Assembly (NCBI GenBank): GCA_951406725.2
Contig: OX597829.1
Location: 27,404,001 to 27,468,000 of the forward strand
From: Octopus vulgaris
Lineage: Eukaryota
Direction of reading: 5' to 3'
Length of the DNA: 64,000 nt
Positions 26,565-39,484 of the stretch are shown one piece after another (the first letter of the stretch is position 1; every line of letters starts with the position of its first letter). The notes beneath the pieces are model-generated. The model was given only the letters and a program-made list of their open reading frames with translations, did no database searches and had not been told where the DNA came from. The translations under genes and the position numbers were made by a program.

Positions 26565-26583
26565 TATATATATATAACGATAA

Positions 26584-26836
26584 ACGTCGCCCTTTTCAAG
26601 CCTAGCCAGGCTCATGGGCACGGTTTCCCGGTTTCTGTGACGTATGTGTTCCCCCCAGCTGGACGGGACGCCAGTCCATCGCAGCGTTACTCAAGAAACA
26701 GGAAAAGAGAGTGAGAGAAAGTTGTGGCGAAAGAGTACAACAGGGGCCGCCACCAATCCCTGCCAGAGCCTCGTGGAACTTTTAGGTGTTGATCCTCCGA
26801 CCGCGAGTCCGCTGCCCTTACCACTGGGCCATTGTG
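26584..26836 (-). mobile_element. SINE related to family D, internally deleted head
   Basis: GATCC-TCCGACCGCGAGTCCGCTGCCCTTACCACTGGGCCA matches 21474-21515; different tail. Confidence 0.7.
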
Positions 26837-26837
26837 T

Positions 26838-26895
<58 letters not shown>

Positions 26896-27395
26896 AGGAC
26901 TCTGTCGACGCTAGTTGACCATGTATCTTCAAAAATATGCACAAATCTGGACATATATGTGCAGATGCAATCGCTTTTTTATTTAAAAAAAAAAAGAAAC
27001 TAACTGTTGTGTGTGCGTACAAGTTCACTTCTCTACATCTTTAATGCTTAAATACGTGAATAGTTGTATGCATGATTTTATTCAGCATGGCCGCAGTCCT
27101 ATAACTAAAACAAGTAAAAGATAGATAAAAGAACGGGTACAACAGCAGACAGAGAATAGGGCGAACAAATGGATAAGCACATCAATTAGACAAATTGATA
27201 AGCGATACATTAATTAAAATGATTCACAAATTTTTAACCGAATGCATCCATTTTAACATACGTTAAAGTAAAAAAAAATATAAATTTGTTTGTCTGAGAA
27301 ATGTGCTTGGCCACAGTTCGCAGGGCTGAAACAGGTAAAAGGGATCATGAGAGAGTGCGTGAGTGTGTGTGAAGATATATATGTGTGTACACACA

Positions 27396-27462
<67 letters not shown>

Positions 27463-27639
27463 GTTCGCAGACTTGCACTTTACCGTAGTTTTGGTTTTGC
27501 TCGAATTCTATTGCTTTATTTTTACTTTCTACTTATACAGTAAAACCACTTTCTCATTTCCGTTTCAGTTTTTTCCCCCTCAGTTTATTTTAATTTAATA
27601 GCAAGTTTGATCATTGCACACTTAAGTAACACTCATATC

Positions 27640-28260
27640 TATTCTTAAACATTTTGTAAAGTATTTTTGAGACTATAAAATGAGAGCTTCAACTGTCAGA
27701 AGAAAAAAAGAACGTCGATTTTTTATTTTATTTTATTTTATTTTTAAGTGGAAATGAAGATATTAAATCAACTTCAAAATAGGATGGGTTTAAATGAAAC
27801 TGTGAATTGTTAAATTATAAATAAAGCAATTGTTAAAATGGTTAAAAAGAAAATGAAGAAAAATCGGAGCCAGTATAATCGCAATATCTTTCGTAAGACA
27901 AACTACGCAATAAGAAAACTATCGAAGAAGAATTCATGTCACAGCCGGCTAAAATAATTGGAAAAGGTTCTTATTCTTTAAAACAAATATTTAATACCGA
28001 TGAAACTGGCGTATTCTAAAAGAAAATGTCGAAGAGAACTTTTATATCAAGAACAAAGAAAACGGTTAGCGATTCAAAGCTTCTAAAGATCAAATTACAT
28101 TATAATTATGCTGTAATGCATTCGGTGATTGTTTCTACGAAGCCATTATTTATTAATAGAAGTCTAAATCTTCGTGCAATGAGAGAATTAAATAAGAAAT
28201 AACCAAGTAGTTAATTGACATGCAAATAGAAAACAAAAAAAGTCGTTGATTAGTGTTGCA
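27640..28260 (+). pseudogene. pogo/Tigger transposase remnant
   Basis: KIIGKGSYSLKQIFNTDETGVF*KKMSKRTFIS, then frameshifted FKASKDQITL*LCCNAFGD and KPLFINRSLN. Confidence 0.85.
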
Positions 28261-28296
28261 ATTTTCGAAAACCTTTTCCAGAAGCTCGACTTTGGA

Positions 28297-28323
28297 AATA
28301 ACAATAATAATGATGATGATGAC

Positions 28324-28365
<42 letters not shown>

Positions 28366-28400
28366 AATAATAATAATAAGAAGAAGAAGAAGCAGCAGCG

Positions 28401-28473
<73 letters not shown>

Positions 28474-28519
28474 CAGTAGCAGCAGCAGCAGCAGCAGTTG
28501 TAGTAGTAGTAGTAGTAGT
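28297..28519. repeat. Compound (GAT)(AAT)(AAG)(AGC)(AGT) trinucleotide microsatellite
   Basis: Direct reading. Confidence 0.95.
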
Positions 28520-28712
28520 TTCAAATTTTAGCACAAGGCTAGCAATTTCAGGCGAGGGAGTTTGTCGATTACACCGACCCCATTTTATCCACCTCGAAAA
28601 GATGAAAGGCAAAGTTGACCTCGGCAGTGACTGAACTCAGAACGTAAAGACGGACGAAATGCCGCTAAGCATTTTATACGGCGTGCTAACGATCCTGCCA
28701 ACTCGACTCCTT
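28520..28712 (-). mobile_element. SINE family B
   Basis: Reverse complement of 14800-14960. Confidence 0.8.
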
Positions 28713-28713
28713 G

Positions 28714-28830
<117 letters not shown>

Positions 28831-28857
28831 GTATTTTTATCTTTCTTTTTTTTCTTT

Positions 28858-29074
28858 TATCTTTTACTTGTTTCAGTCATTTGACTGCGACTATGCTGAA
28901 GCACCGCCTTTAGTCGAGCAAATCGACCCCAGGACTTTAGAAGCCTAGTACTTATTCTATCGGTCATTTTTGCCGAACCGCTAAGTTACGGGGACGTAAA
29001 CACACCACCGTTGGTTGCCAAGCGATGTTGGGGGGCAAACACAGACACACAAACATATACACACACATACATAT

Positions 29075-29152
<78 letters not shown>

Positions 29153-29154
29153 GT

Positions 29155-29212
<58 letters not shown>

Positions 29213-29410
29213 GTATATATATATATATGTGTATATATATATACATATACGATGGGCTTCTTTCAGTTTCCGTCTACCAAATCCACTCACAAGGCTTTGG
29301 TCGGCCCGAGGCTGTAGTAGAAGACAATTGCCTAAGGTGCACGTAGTGGGATTGAACCCGGAACCTTGTGGCTGGTAAGCAAGGTACTTACCACATAGCC
29401 ACTCCTGCTC
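28858..29410 (-). mobile_element. SINE family A, full length
   Basis: Matches 4809-5217 on the minus strand; expanded (TA)n. Confidence 0.88.
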
Positions 29411-29414
29411 TTAC

Positions 29415-29477
<63 letters not shown>

Positions 29478-29478
<1 letters not shown>

Positions 29479-29643
29479 GGTCATGTGCTGTTTATCTTGA
29501 TATGAGATCACCATGTCATGCACATATGGTTGTGATGCATGTACCTAGTGTACCCTTATTAGACGGGTAGTCATGATGGGTATACTGGGCTTCGTATATT
29601 TTACCCCAGTGTCACTTTGATAGCATGCACTGCTCTCTCACTC
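29478..29643 (+). mobile_element. 5'-truncated copy of the 9025-9581 element
   Basis: Matches 9417-9581; flanked by (AAT)n. Confidence 0.85.
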
Positions 29644-29678
29644 AATAATAATAATGATGATGATGATGATGATGATGA

Positions 29679-31245
29679 TAAAACAATTCAGTGATGACAT
29701 CAGGATGCAATTTGGCCTCGATAAGTGTGCAAAAGCTACCTTTATCAAACGAACATTGACAGAAACATCTAACGTTAACCTTGACCAGCAGAATGTCATA
29801 AAAGAGTTAGAACCAGCGGAGAGCTACAAATACTTAGGGGTAATTGAAGGGGACGGAATCAAACATGAAATGATGAGGAAAAGGATCAGAAGAGAATGTT
29901 ATCGCAGGGTGAGAGCAATACTGAAGACTGAGCTGAATGCAAGAAACAGGATCGAAGCTTTAGCCATACCAGTCGTGACTTAAAGTTTCAATATCATTAA
30001 CTGGTCAATTACTGAAATATGTAATCTTGACAGAAAAATACGAAAACTGTTGACAGTGGATAGAATGAACCACCCTAAGGCAGATATAGAATGACTTTAT
30101 CTGCCAAGAAAAGAGGTAGGCCGTGGACTTTTACTGGTGTTAATAATGAAGATTGACACAATTGGCCTAGACTGAAAAACTCTGAGGACTGGATGTTAAA
30201 ATTTGTCTCAAAACATGAAAACAAGAAAGCATCATACTCAGTAACAAAACAGGCAAAGGAATATCTAAGTGAATTCCCAATACAACAAATTTCGGAATTA
30301 GACGTACTAGAAACAAACGCAGAAAAAGCTAAGCGCATGAAAACTCGTGCTAAAACTGCTGCCTTAGATATTCTTACTGATTAAATGGCAAGAGAAACCT
30401 CTAAATTGCAAATACTCAAAGAGAGCAAATAATGCCGATGTTGACAAAGCCCTTACCCATCAATGGCTAATGGCTTCTGGCTTAAAATCAGAAACAGAAG
30501 AGTTTATCACAGCAGCCCAAGATTAATGCCTACCTACAATGAACTACCGGCTAACATATTAAAGAACGACAGCTCCCCAATATGTCGTGTATGTCGTGTA
30601 TGTCAACAACAAAATGAAACCATTGATCATGTTGCCTCCATGTGCAGTCTTCTTGCGCCTACAGAGTATCTCAACAGGCATGATAGAGCTGCACAATATA
30701 TTCACTGGGTAATTTGCCAAAACCTGGACTTGCCCCATGATAAAAACTGGTGGGAACACAAACTACCTCCAGTGCTTGAAAATGATCACATCTTACTCCT
30801 CTGGAACTTCACCATTCAAACTGACAGAAAGATAGATATAAATAGGCCAGACATCATACTGAAAAACTTCAGACAAAAAAATCATGCCTCCTCATTGATA
30901 TGACTGTCTCAATCGATATAAAACGTATCTCTCAAGACCTACAAAAACTGAGCTAGTATAAAGATCTTGAAATAGAAATTAGCAAAACGTGGAACCTGAA
31001 GATTAAAACATTACCTGTTGTCACAGGTGCCCTAGGAATGATAGCAAAAGGGGCTGATTACCACCTAGCTCAGATACTAGGAAACCCCAAAATGGCAGAA
31101 GTTCAAAAGATAGTGCTCATGGGAACTGCTCATACCCTACGTAAAATACTGTCTATGTAATCTCAAATTTTAAAACAAACACATAATTTTCTTATGGTTT
31201 CTTAAATATTATCTAGAACAACACTATGTACAAAACCATAATAAT

Positions 31246-31297
<52 letters not shown>

Positions 31298-31690
31298 GTA
31301 TTTTTATCTTTCTTTTTTTTCTTTTATCTTTTACTTGTTTCAGTCATTTGACTGCGACTATGCTGAAGCACCGCCTTTAGTCGAGCAAATCGACCCCAGG
31401 ACTTTAGAAGCCTAGTACTTATTCTATCGGTCATTTTTGCCGAACCGCTAAGTTACGGGGACGTAAACACACCACCGTTGGTTGCCAAGCGATGTTGGGG
31501 GGCAAACACAGACACACAAACATATACACACACATACATATATACATACATATATATATATATACATACATATATATATATGTAGGCATAACATCAACAT
31601 GAACTTCTAACTTGTGTCGTGAGGTCTATGGGTGAGACTTGGAGCCAATTTGTAGAAATACAAAGCAAAAGTCAAACATAAAATAATAAC
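29679..31690 (+). mobile_element. 5'-truncated Dong/R4 non-LTR retrotransposon (RT C-terminus, CCHC, restriction-like endonuclease, 3' UTR)
   Basis: FSDDIRMQFGLDKC, ESYKYLG, CRVC..ETIDHVASMC..RHD, LLWNFTIQTDRKIDINRPDII, PVVTGALG, VQKIVLMGTAH; stop near 31160; flanked by AAT/GAT repeats. Confidence 0.9.
31243..31560 (-). repeat. Near-exact duplicate of 28778-29090 (SINE A tail plus flank)
   Basis: Shares private variants GCGACTATGCTGAAGC and GGACTTTAGAAGCC and the non-SINE flank GTATTTTTATCTTTC. Confidence 0.9.
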
Positions 31691-32560
31691 AAGAGCACTC
31701 AGAGAGCACAAACCTCCGCCAAAGCAACACCAACGTCCTCTCAACGATTAACCAGACATGTTTATATATTTCACAAATAGAATTGCATTTTAAACAAAAT
31801 TTTAGACCAGTTCAAATAAGTCTAGGACATATTTCACCTGTAAAAAGGGACCCTTCTCGCAGCAGTTTACCGTAGAGAAGATTCTTACTTTAGGCAGGTG
31901 CTAAAAAATCAACTCTCATTTCAGAGCGTCCCTTGTGGACAGATAAATGTATTTGATGCTTTTTTGCGATCATCAGCAGCGGATACCAAGCAGGACAACT
32001 CTGAAATGACTTTGGAAGTCTTAGCTTTTTTACAAAAAAAAAGAAAAAACAGTAGAAAATATCTAGTAATTATTATGTAGTAGGCACACGAAGCAGTTTT
32101 GTGGAATAGGCAAATTTCTAGACCAGTTCAAATACGTTTGGGACATATTTGACCTGCAGAAACCCCCAAATCACTGCCTTTTGCCGTGAGAAATGTCTCG
32201 CTTTAGGCAACAAGTGTTAAAACACCAACAGTCATGTATTTTATTCACTTGAAAATGTTCTTTATGTATTCACTTAAAAAGATGTCAGTTAGATATATGC
32301 AATTACATAAATTGACCCAAGCATAGTTTTCTTGTAATTGACGCCACACGAATTAATGTAAGTGACTTGGTGAAATCGCTGTCTGGTTACACGATACGCA
32401 TAGATTTAAAAGATTATTTACAGCATTTCCGATTTTTTTCCCCCATCGTATCCCTACGAACGGCAATAAATGGGTCCATGACATTCCAAGTAACATTGAA
32501 AATATTCTTAATCATTGAAAATAATCGTAATTTCAGTCGTGACTGAAGGGCTGAGAGTTT
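31688..32560 (-). mobile_element. Helentron/DINE-like (or CryptonV-type) non-autonomous element; extent uncertain
   Basis: Minus-strand end TTGGCGGAGGTTTGTGCTCTCTGAGTGCTCTTGTT with terminal stem-loop; internal imperfect repeat TAGACCAGTTCAAATA..GGACATATTT at 31803 and 32119. Confidence 0.4.
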
Positions 32561-32609
32561 ATTTGTCTTAGCGCTTATCAAACTTTTGATACGTACCGAA
32601 GCACGAAAT

Positions 32610-32785
32610 AATATTTTCTAGTTTTGGCACAAGATCTGCATTGGCTCTGTTTTCCAACTGGTACTTATTTTATCGATGAGAGGCTAAGTTGACCTGCATT
32701 TGAACTCAAAACACAGATACCTGGAAAAACACCTCTAAGTATTTGGTCCGGTGCATTAACGATTCCGTCAACTGGCCGCCTTAGT
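32610..32785 (-). mobile_element. Degraded SINE family B
   Basis: ACTGGTACTTATTTTATCGA, TTTGAACTCAAAAC, AACGATTCCGTCAACTGGCCGCCTT. Confidence 0.65.
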
Positions 32786-34017
32786 ATCTTGAAGTAATAA
32801 TAAATAATATTATTATTAGTCTAATTTTCCAATATTGATTGTTTTCATTAACTCTCATTAAGGCCCTCTTATTGTGAGACCCCGACATTCTGACATAAAT
32901 TCACCCACAGATACTTTCCGGTCCCTGGCCCACAGACGTATTTTCTCCTTTTTCTGTCTTTTCTATCGCTACTGCAAAGGCTTCTCTTAGGGCCTCTCTT
33001 ACTCCGAGATGGCTAGTCTCGTATCTCTTCGACTCGAATCTCACTCATTTCTTTACCTCTCTCCACTCCACCCTGGCCTCATACGAAGAGCCATGTTCAG
33101 TTTTTATTCACTAAAACATCACTACGCTGGAATCCCTTTCCCTGCTCATGTCTTTCGTAAAGGTATTGATTTGCAATAAGTTTAAACGAAACATTAGCAA
33201 CATCAATATCACTGGTTTTGGAGGGACTGCAAAGGTCATGGGCACTGTCTCTTCCTCCATACACACCAAGTGTAACATGCATGTGGCTTTGTGTGTGTAT
33301 ACATACAGGGTATACGGTATACAGTTGCTTAATATAAGTGAAATGTTCTTTTCATTTCTACATTTCTTTTTTTAGGATAAAAATTCGATGAATAAGTTGT
33401 TTTTAACTAATTGTTTCTATAATTTCAGATATTTATTGGATGACTGGAAATTTGATCTACAATAACCGAAAGAGGATCTTTAGGCAGAACTGGAAAACAG
33501 AGAACGCAGAAATTGACTGAAGAATTTAAAAGATCAGCTCTGTGAAGATTAACAGTTTACAGAATATATGATAAATTGGAGCAGACTAGAGATATTTTTT
33601 GCTTATCTGCACCTGTGATAATTTTAAAATTTAGTAAAAATTTAAATATTTGGTGTATTGATGTAATTTTCCATGCCGAATCTCAGAGTCTAATTTATTT
33701 TTTTCCACAAAAGAAAAAAACTTACAGACGTTTAAAGTTTGATAATTTGGACGCTGTCATTTTGTACGTGTTGTCAACATTCCGAAAACAGCACGTGTTC
33801 TAATATCAAACTATAAACAGGTGAAATACTGGCGGAATTCAGTTTTACGCACGACATATAACCCTCATAACTTTTATTCTTTGGAATTTTCAGAAATTTT
33901 TTGCGAATTTATATTCTTCACGTGAGAATTCATATGATTATGCAAAAACCAAAAAAAAAAGAAAAAATTTTGGTGCGTGATTTAAGGCCTATTTAGTTGC
34001 TATTTTTAGCACATCTC

Positions 34018-34084
34018 GTAATGTGTTTTAAGTATTTAATAATGTGTTTTAAGCATTTAATAATGTGTTTTAAGCATTTAATAA
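34018..34084. repeat. 21-bp tandem repeat TAATGTGTTTTAAGCATTTAA x3
   Basis: Direct reading. Confidence 0.9.
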
Positions 34085-34519
34085 GCGAAAAATAAGTTTT
34101 AAAAGACCAGTAAACAACATATATGTAGTTTAAGCATTCATGTGCATTTAATGCGATAAACAGTACATTACAAATGGAATATTTTTCAAAATAATAAACT
34201 TATAGCATAAATTTAAAAGATTTGTCAAAAAAACAAAATAGCACATTAGTAATCAAATATTTATCAAAATATCAAGCTTAAAAGACTTATCAACACAACG
34301 TACACCACGTAACAACAGATAGACTTCTTCCTTATTCTCACTCTATTGGAAAATTTGAGTAAAATTATATTAATGTGTCCAACTGATTAGAAAAGAAAAT
34401 TTTATTTATTTATGCAGCTGAGGATAGCCCTGAATTTAAATTGATGTAATGATTGCATTGTTCAATTAAATGGAGTTCAATTAAATGGAGTTGCTCTTGA
34501 TATCCTGTTGCTTATTTTG

Positions 34520-34555
<36 letters not shown>

Positions 34556-34558
<3 letters not shown>

Positions 34559-35912
34559 TATACATATATTAAAGCAAGTTGTCTGTTTGTTTGTGTGTGT
34601 TAAGTTGCCGTCTACACCTATTAACGAATTTTCATGCAACTTTGCAAATATGCTAAAGTAGCGTCTAGTTTGTTACTAGGCTCATTGAAGTTTAATAAAA
34701 ATCTATAGTTGGATGGCTAGGACCCCTAGAACATTTTCTTAATTCATATTGATAGTTGTGTTGATGTTTTCTTAACATGTACCGTTTACTTTTCTTTAAC
34801 AACTAAGGGGAAATAACCCATTTAAAATCCCTTACTTTTCTTTTCCACCCACTGGTCGTCTGTATAACCATAAAAGTCATACGCTGTTTACATGTAGGAA
34901 CATTTTCTTAAAAAAAAGATCAAATCGGAGTTCTCGACCTGTGTGCGTACGAAAACTGCGGCAAAAGCGTTAAACAATAGATCCATTTATTTTGGTTAGT
35001 GACCTATTCACGAATATACCATGAATGACGATACTTTTCATGTCACTTCAGCCAATTGACAGGCGCTGCACGAAGAACTGTTCTGCTTTTAGACAAATAC
35101 ACTGTCATCACAAATCTCACATCCTGTTTACATGTAGGAACACCTTCTTAACTTATACTGATAAATATGTTAATCTTTTGTAACGATGTTACTATATGTA
35201 ACAACCAACCACACAAGCAGACAGAAATCGCCATTATCTATCAATAACATTGCAATCTGCACTGTATTCATGCAATTCACATACTGTTTACATGTAGGAA
35301 CATTTTCTCAATTCATATTGATAGCTGTGTTGATGTTTTCGTAAGTGTTGTAAATGTATTGATAATCTACATGTTATTTTATTTTAAAATGTATATGCAC
35401 ATTTATTTGTATGTCTATTGTAAAACTAAATGTCCGTCTGTTTCTATATTCATTGTAAATCTATTTCAACACTAGCGCCCCTGAGGGTAATATTCTCTGG
35501 AAACGCACAACAGACCTTTTCAGAATTATTGACTTTGAATTATTATTATCTTATATCTGATTAGCCTGTTATTACGTAACATGCTTCACGATTGTGGATT
35601 GATATTTCCTCCTATATACTTTGGGAACGCATTAAAGCCCTTTTTGGGGTTATTTTATTTGAATTCTTACTATCGGGTAACTAATTTCATGTTTATACGT
35701 AACTGACTTCACATTTTGGGTATTCATAACTTATTGGGAATTCCTAAAAACAAGATCCTGTGTAAGACAGTTCGGTATCCTCTGTAAATGTACAAAAACC
35801 GTTTTAAGGGCTACATACTATGTATTGTTGTTATTGGATTAGCGAAACAATTATGAGAACGGAACCAAAGGATAAGCCCTGCTTTCCCGGGAATTACCGG
35901 GTACGTCAGCTA

Positions 35913-35913
<1 letters not shown>
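34556..35913 (+). mobile_element. Non-autonomous Helitron
   Basis: 5' A|TCTTATACATATATTAAAG; 3' hairpin CCCGGGAATTACCGGG then CTAG|T; internal repeat CTGTTTACATGTAGGAACA three times. Confidence 0.75.
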
Positions 35914-35978
<65 letters not shown>

Positions 35979-36584
35979 GTATGTATGTATGTATGTATGT
36001 ATGTATGTATGTATGTATGTATGTATGTATGTATATATATATACAAACCCCACATACATACACACACGTGCATATACGCACTCATTTATAATCCGAGAGT
36101 GCCTCTGAAAATGGAAAAATATTTTATGCATGGATGTTCTGTATAAGTATGGAAGCATGAGAAAATAGATATAGATAAGCGAAATAAATAATTGTATGAA
36201 TGATATCGTATTATGGGAATGATATCTTATTACTTGCCACAGGAATCAGTCAGTTGAGGTTGAGATATATGATATTCAGGACAACCTTAATGTGGGCTCG
36301 TTCAAACTATTTATACGCCATGTCTTCAGAATTCCACCAGCAAAGTGAATATTGTTGTTGTTGTTGTTGCTGGTAGTGGTGGTGGTGCTGATGTTGCCGG
36401 TGGTGGTAGTGGTGGGAGGAATGGTTGGGGTGGTATGAGGTGGGGTGCTGATGCTGGTGAGGAGGGTAATGGTGTTGCTTTGGTTATTGTTGTAGTGGTA
36501 GAAGTGGTCCTAAGGGTAGGATGAGGGGTGGGCCTATTATTGGTGGTGGTAGTTGGGATAGGGGCGCTGTGGTTATTGTTGTTG

Positions 36585-36616
<32 letters not shown>

Positions 36617-36920
36617 GGTGGTGATGTTGATGATGGTGGTGGTGGTAATTGTGGTAATAGGAATTTTTGTGGCTATGTTGTTTCTGTTGTTGCGTCGCTC
36701 CCAAGTCAAGCTGATGAAAAAAAAAAATCTCTGATCAAATACATTCCGGCCGTGACCGACCCGTTTATTTTAGATTTTTTTCTATATATAATGTTTCTGC
36801 TCTTTTATCCAGTAACTTCCTCTCCACTTAAAACGATAATGTAGGATATGAGGGAGATTTGAGCGTGACTTTTAGCAAGCCGGGCAAAACTTTTCAAGAT
36901 TCCCAAGAGCCGTTTTAAAC

Positions 36921-37746
36921 CAGTGGTTCCCAACCATTTTTTACCTTTAGACTCCTTTGATTCCTATTTTCGTCGGCTGGACCACGATAGCCAGTCGATG
37001 TTTTAAAAAATCCTCTTAAATTTTTATAATGAAATATTATTAGCAATTGTATTTTAAAAATTTGTTAAAATATTTTATGTATTTTAGAAGAATAATCAAT
37101 TCATTGTATTGGGTTGTCCGGAAAGTTCGTGCCGATTTTTAAAGGAAAGAAAAAGGTCAATAAATACTTGCCATTACATTTTCAATCAACCAAATATGAA
37201 CCATTTTGTTGCTCAATGCGTCTCCATCTTTCCTTTAACTTGAAAATACCCTCTTCCCAGAAATGAGATGGTTTCATGGCAAACAATTCATCAAGGTATC
37301 TTTTTACGTCATCCAAGGAATTGAAATTTTTACCATTAAGACTATTCTGCAGAGACCTGAATAAGTGGAAATCCGAAGGAGCAATATCTGGTGAATATGG
37401 AGGGTGAGGTAACACATCCCAGCCGAGCTGTAACAATTTTTGTCTGGTTCCCAAAGCATCAAGTGCCGAAAATGAACTTTTTTATCTTCCATTTTAAAGG
37501 GTTACAGAATTAACACAGGTTATAGGAACATAAATCTTCTTCCACGAAAAGATAGCTTAAACTGTGCTGTAAATGGAGGTGTAGTGAAATCCTATTTTAT
37601 GGACTCAACCATGTTCTAAAATAAGTCGAAAGGTAAGCTACTATAAATCGGCACGAACTTTCCGAACAACCCAATACGTAAATTTTAACAACAAAATCTT
37701 ATATGGACCCACCAAGGGTCATGTGGTGCCTGGTTGGGGACCACTG
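36921..37746. mobile_element. hAT (Charlie-like) MITE with nested mariner
   Basis: TIR CAGTGGTTCCCAACC / GGTTGGGGACCACTG; 8-bp TSD TTTTAAAC at 36913-36920 and 37747-37754. Confidence 0.92.
37109..37674 (-). mobile_element. Complete non-autonomous mariner, 566 bp, internally deleted transposase
   Basis: TIRs TTGGGTTGTCCGGAAAGTTCGTGCCGATTT / AAATCGGCACGAACTTTCCGAACAACCCAA; TA TSD; PPYSPDIAPSDFHLFRSL. Confidence 0.95.
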
Positions 37747-37867
37747 TTTTAAACCCTGTTTGGTTTATCTGCAAACAGATGGAAGTGTAACAGATAATTA
37801 AATACCCACCGACAAAAATAAAAGTTTGTGAGCTGGCAGTTCTTTTTTTTTCTTTTTTTTTTTTTCA

Positions 37868-38075
37868 CCACAACAATGTCCGGTTTCTGATGTCTGGTCG
37901 GGTGATCGCACTGGATTATTGCATCCCACAGGATTTTGCAATTTTCATTTCGGTGACTCCTTCTGGAGTTTGCTCATATTACGTTTCTGCTCTCTGTAGG
38001 CCATGGTTTCCACGGAGCTCCCAATGGATTATTCTTGCCATATTGTCATGGTGCCATTTTTATTCGCGTTGTGCT
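37868..38075 (-). mobile_element. Dong/R4 LINE fragment (endonuclease region)
   Basis: HDNMARIIHWEL and ENCKILWDAIIQCDHPTRHQKPDIVV. Confidence 0.75.
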
Positions 38076-38123
38076 GTTATTATTATTATTGAGTGAGAGA
38101 GCAGTGTATGCCATCAAAGTGAC

Positions 38124-38221
<98 letters not shown>

Positions 38222-38262
38222 TCATTATTGTTATTTTTATTATTATTATTATTATTATTATG

Positions 38263-38297
<35 letters not shown>

Positions 38298-38331
38298 GAT
38301 GATGATGGTTATTATTATTATTATTATGATG

Positions 38332-38412
<81 letters not shown>
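38124..38412. repeat. (ATT)n microsatellite
   Basis: Direct reading. Confidence 0.97.
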
Positions 38413-38413
38413 T

Positions 38414-38700
38414 ATATACACACAACAGATTAGACTGTTGGAAAAGAAAAATTACAAGTAACCTTAGATGCCAAGAACCCTCCTAAGTATCCTAGCTGTC
38501 CCTAATAACACTGTTTCCTGGAGCTGTACTGAGCTGGGTTTTATGCCTATTTCCTCTATCCATCTGTTCATATCTTTAAAGATGGTTCCTAATGCACCTA
38601 AAATTACTGGGATACATTTTCCCGCACTTCCCGTAGTATCTGTAATTCAATAGTTAGGTTCTGGTATTTAGCTATTTTTTCTATATCTCGTCCTTGTACT
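38414..38700 (-). mobile_element. Dong/R4 3' end, same family as 57225-59870
   Basis: IPVILGALGTI..QLQETVLLGTARILRRVLGI; UTR matches 57225-57290. Confidence 0.85.
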
Positions 38701-38817
38701 TAGCTATTTTTTCCTGGTACTGCATCAGGGTAGTTAGCCACTGTCTGGTACATCATCATCATCATCATCATCATCGTCGTCGTCGTCGTCGTCATCATCG
38801 TTGTCGTCATCATGTCG

Positions 38818-38849
<32 letters not shown>

Positions 38850-38962
38850 GTCATCGTCATCATCGTCGTCGTCATCATCATCATCATCATCGTCATCGTC
38901 ATCGTCATCATCGTCGTCGTCGTCGTCGTCGTCGTCGTCATCATCATCATCATCATCATCAT

Positions 38963-39413
38963 CTAACTGTTCAATATTTGGTAGACTGAAGCAAATTTCC
39001 ACTGCATCACCTGCTACACCTCCATGTTGCTGAAGTGTGTGCAGCATTGTGTGTTCTTTTCTGCTATGGGAGTGTGCAAACTTTTCCCATTATTGTATTG
39101 TGTTAGTTTTTTTCCTTGAGGTGTGGTGCTGTCTTTTGTTGTGTTATTGTTTGTAATGCATGTTGAGTGTGTAATGCTTTGGTTTTCTAGTTTGCTGGTG
39201 GGAGTTTTATTTCACTGGGTAAATGCTGTATAGACTGTGTCATGTATTTGTGGGTTGTTTTGTTTAGGTTGTATTATTGGATTCATAGAGATCTTGTATA
39301 GGATGTGGGCTGTTCCTAGCAAGGCTATTTTTTGGATAGTGTGTAGTGTTGAGGATCCAGGTATAGCTTCTACATTTTTCTTCATATGATTATTTATCAT
39401 GCCCGATGCTCCA
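38963..39413 (-). mobile_element. Dong/R4 C-terminus and probable 3' UTR
   Basis: IGASGMI..IPGSSTLHTIQKIALLGTAHIL. Confidence 0.7.
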
Positions 39414-39428
39414 ATTATTATTATTATA

Positions 39429-39470
<42 letters not shown>

Positions 39471-39484
39471 TTTTTTTTTTTTTC

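Noticed and set aside
34424-34512. GCAG-CTGAGGA..GATATCCTGTTGC possible hammerhead
   Set aside because: GAAA absent and stem II disrupted by a 15-bp duplication
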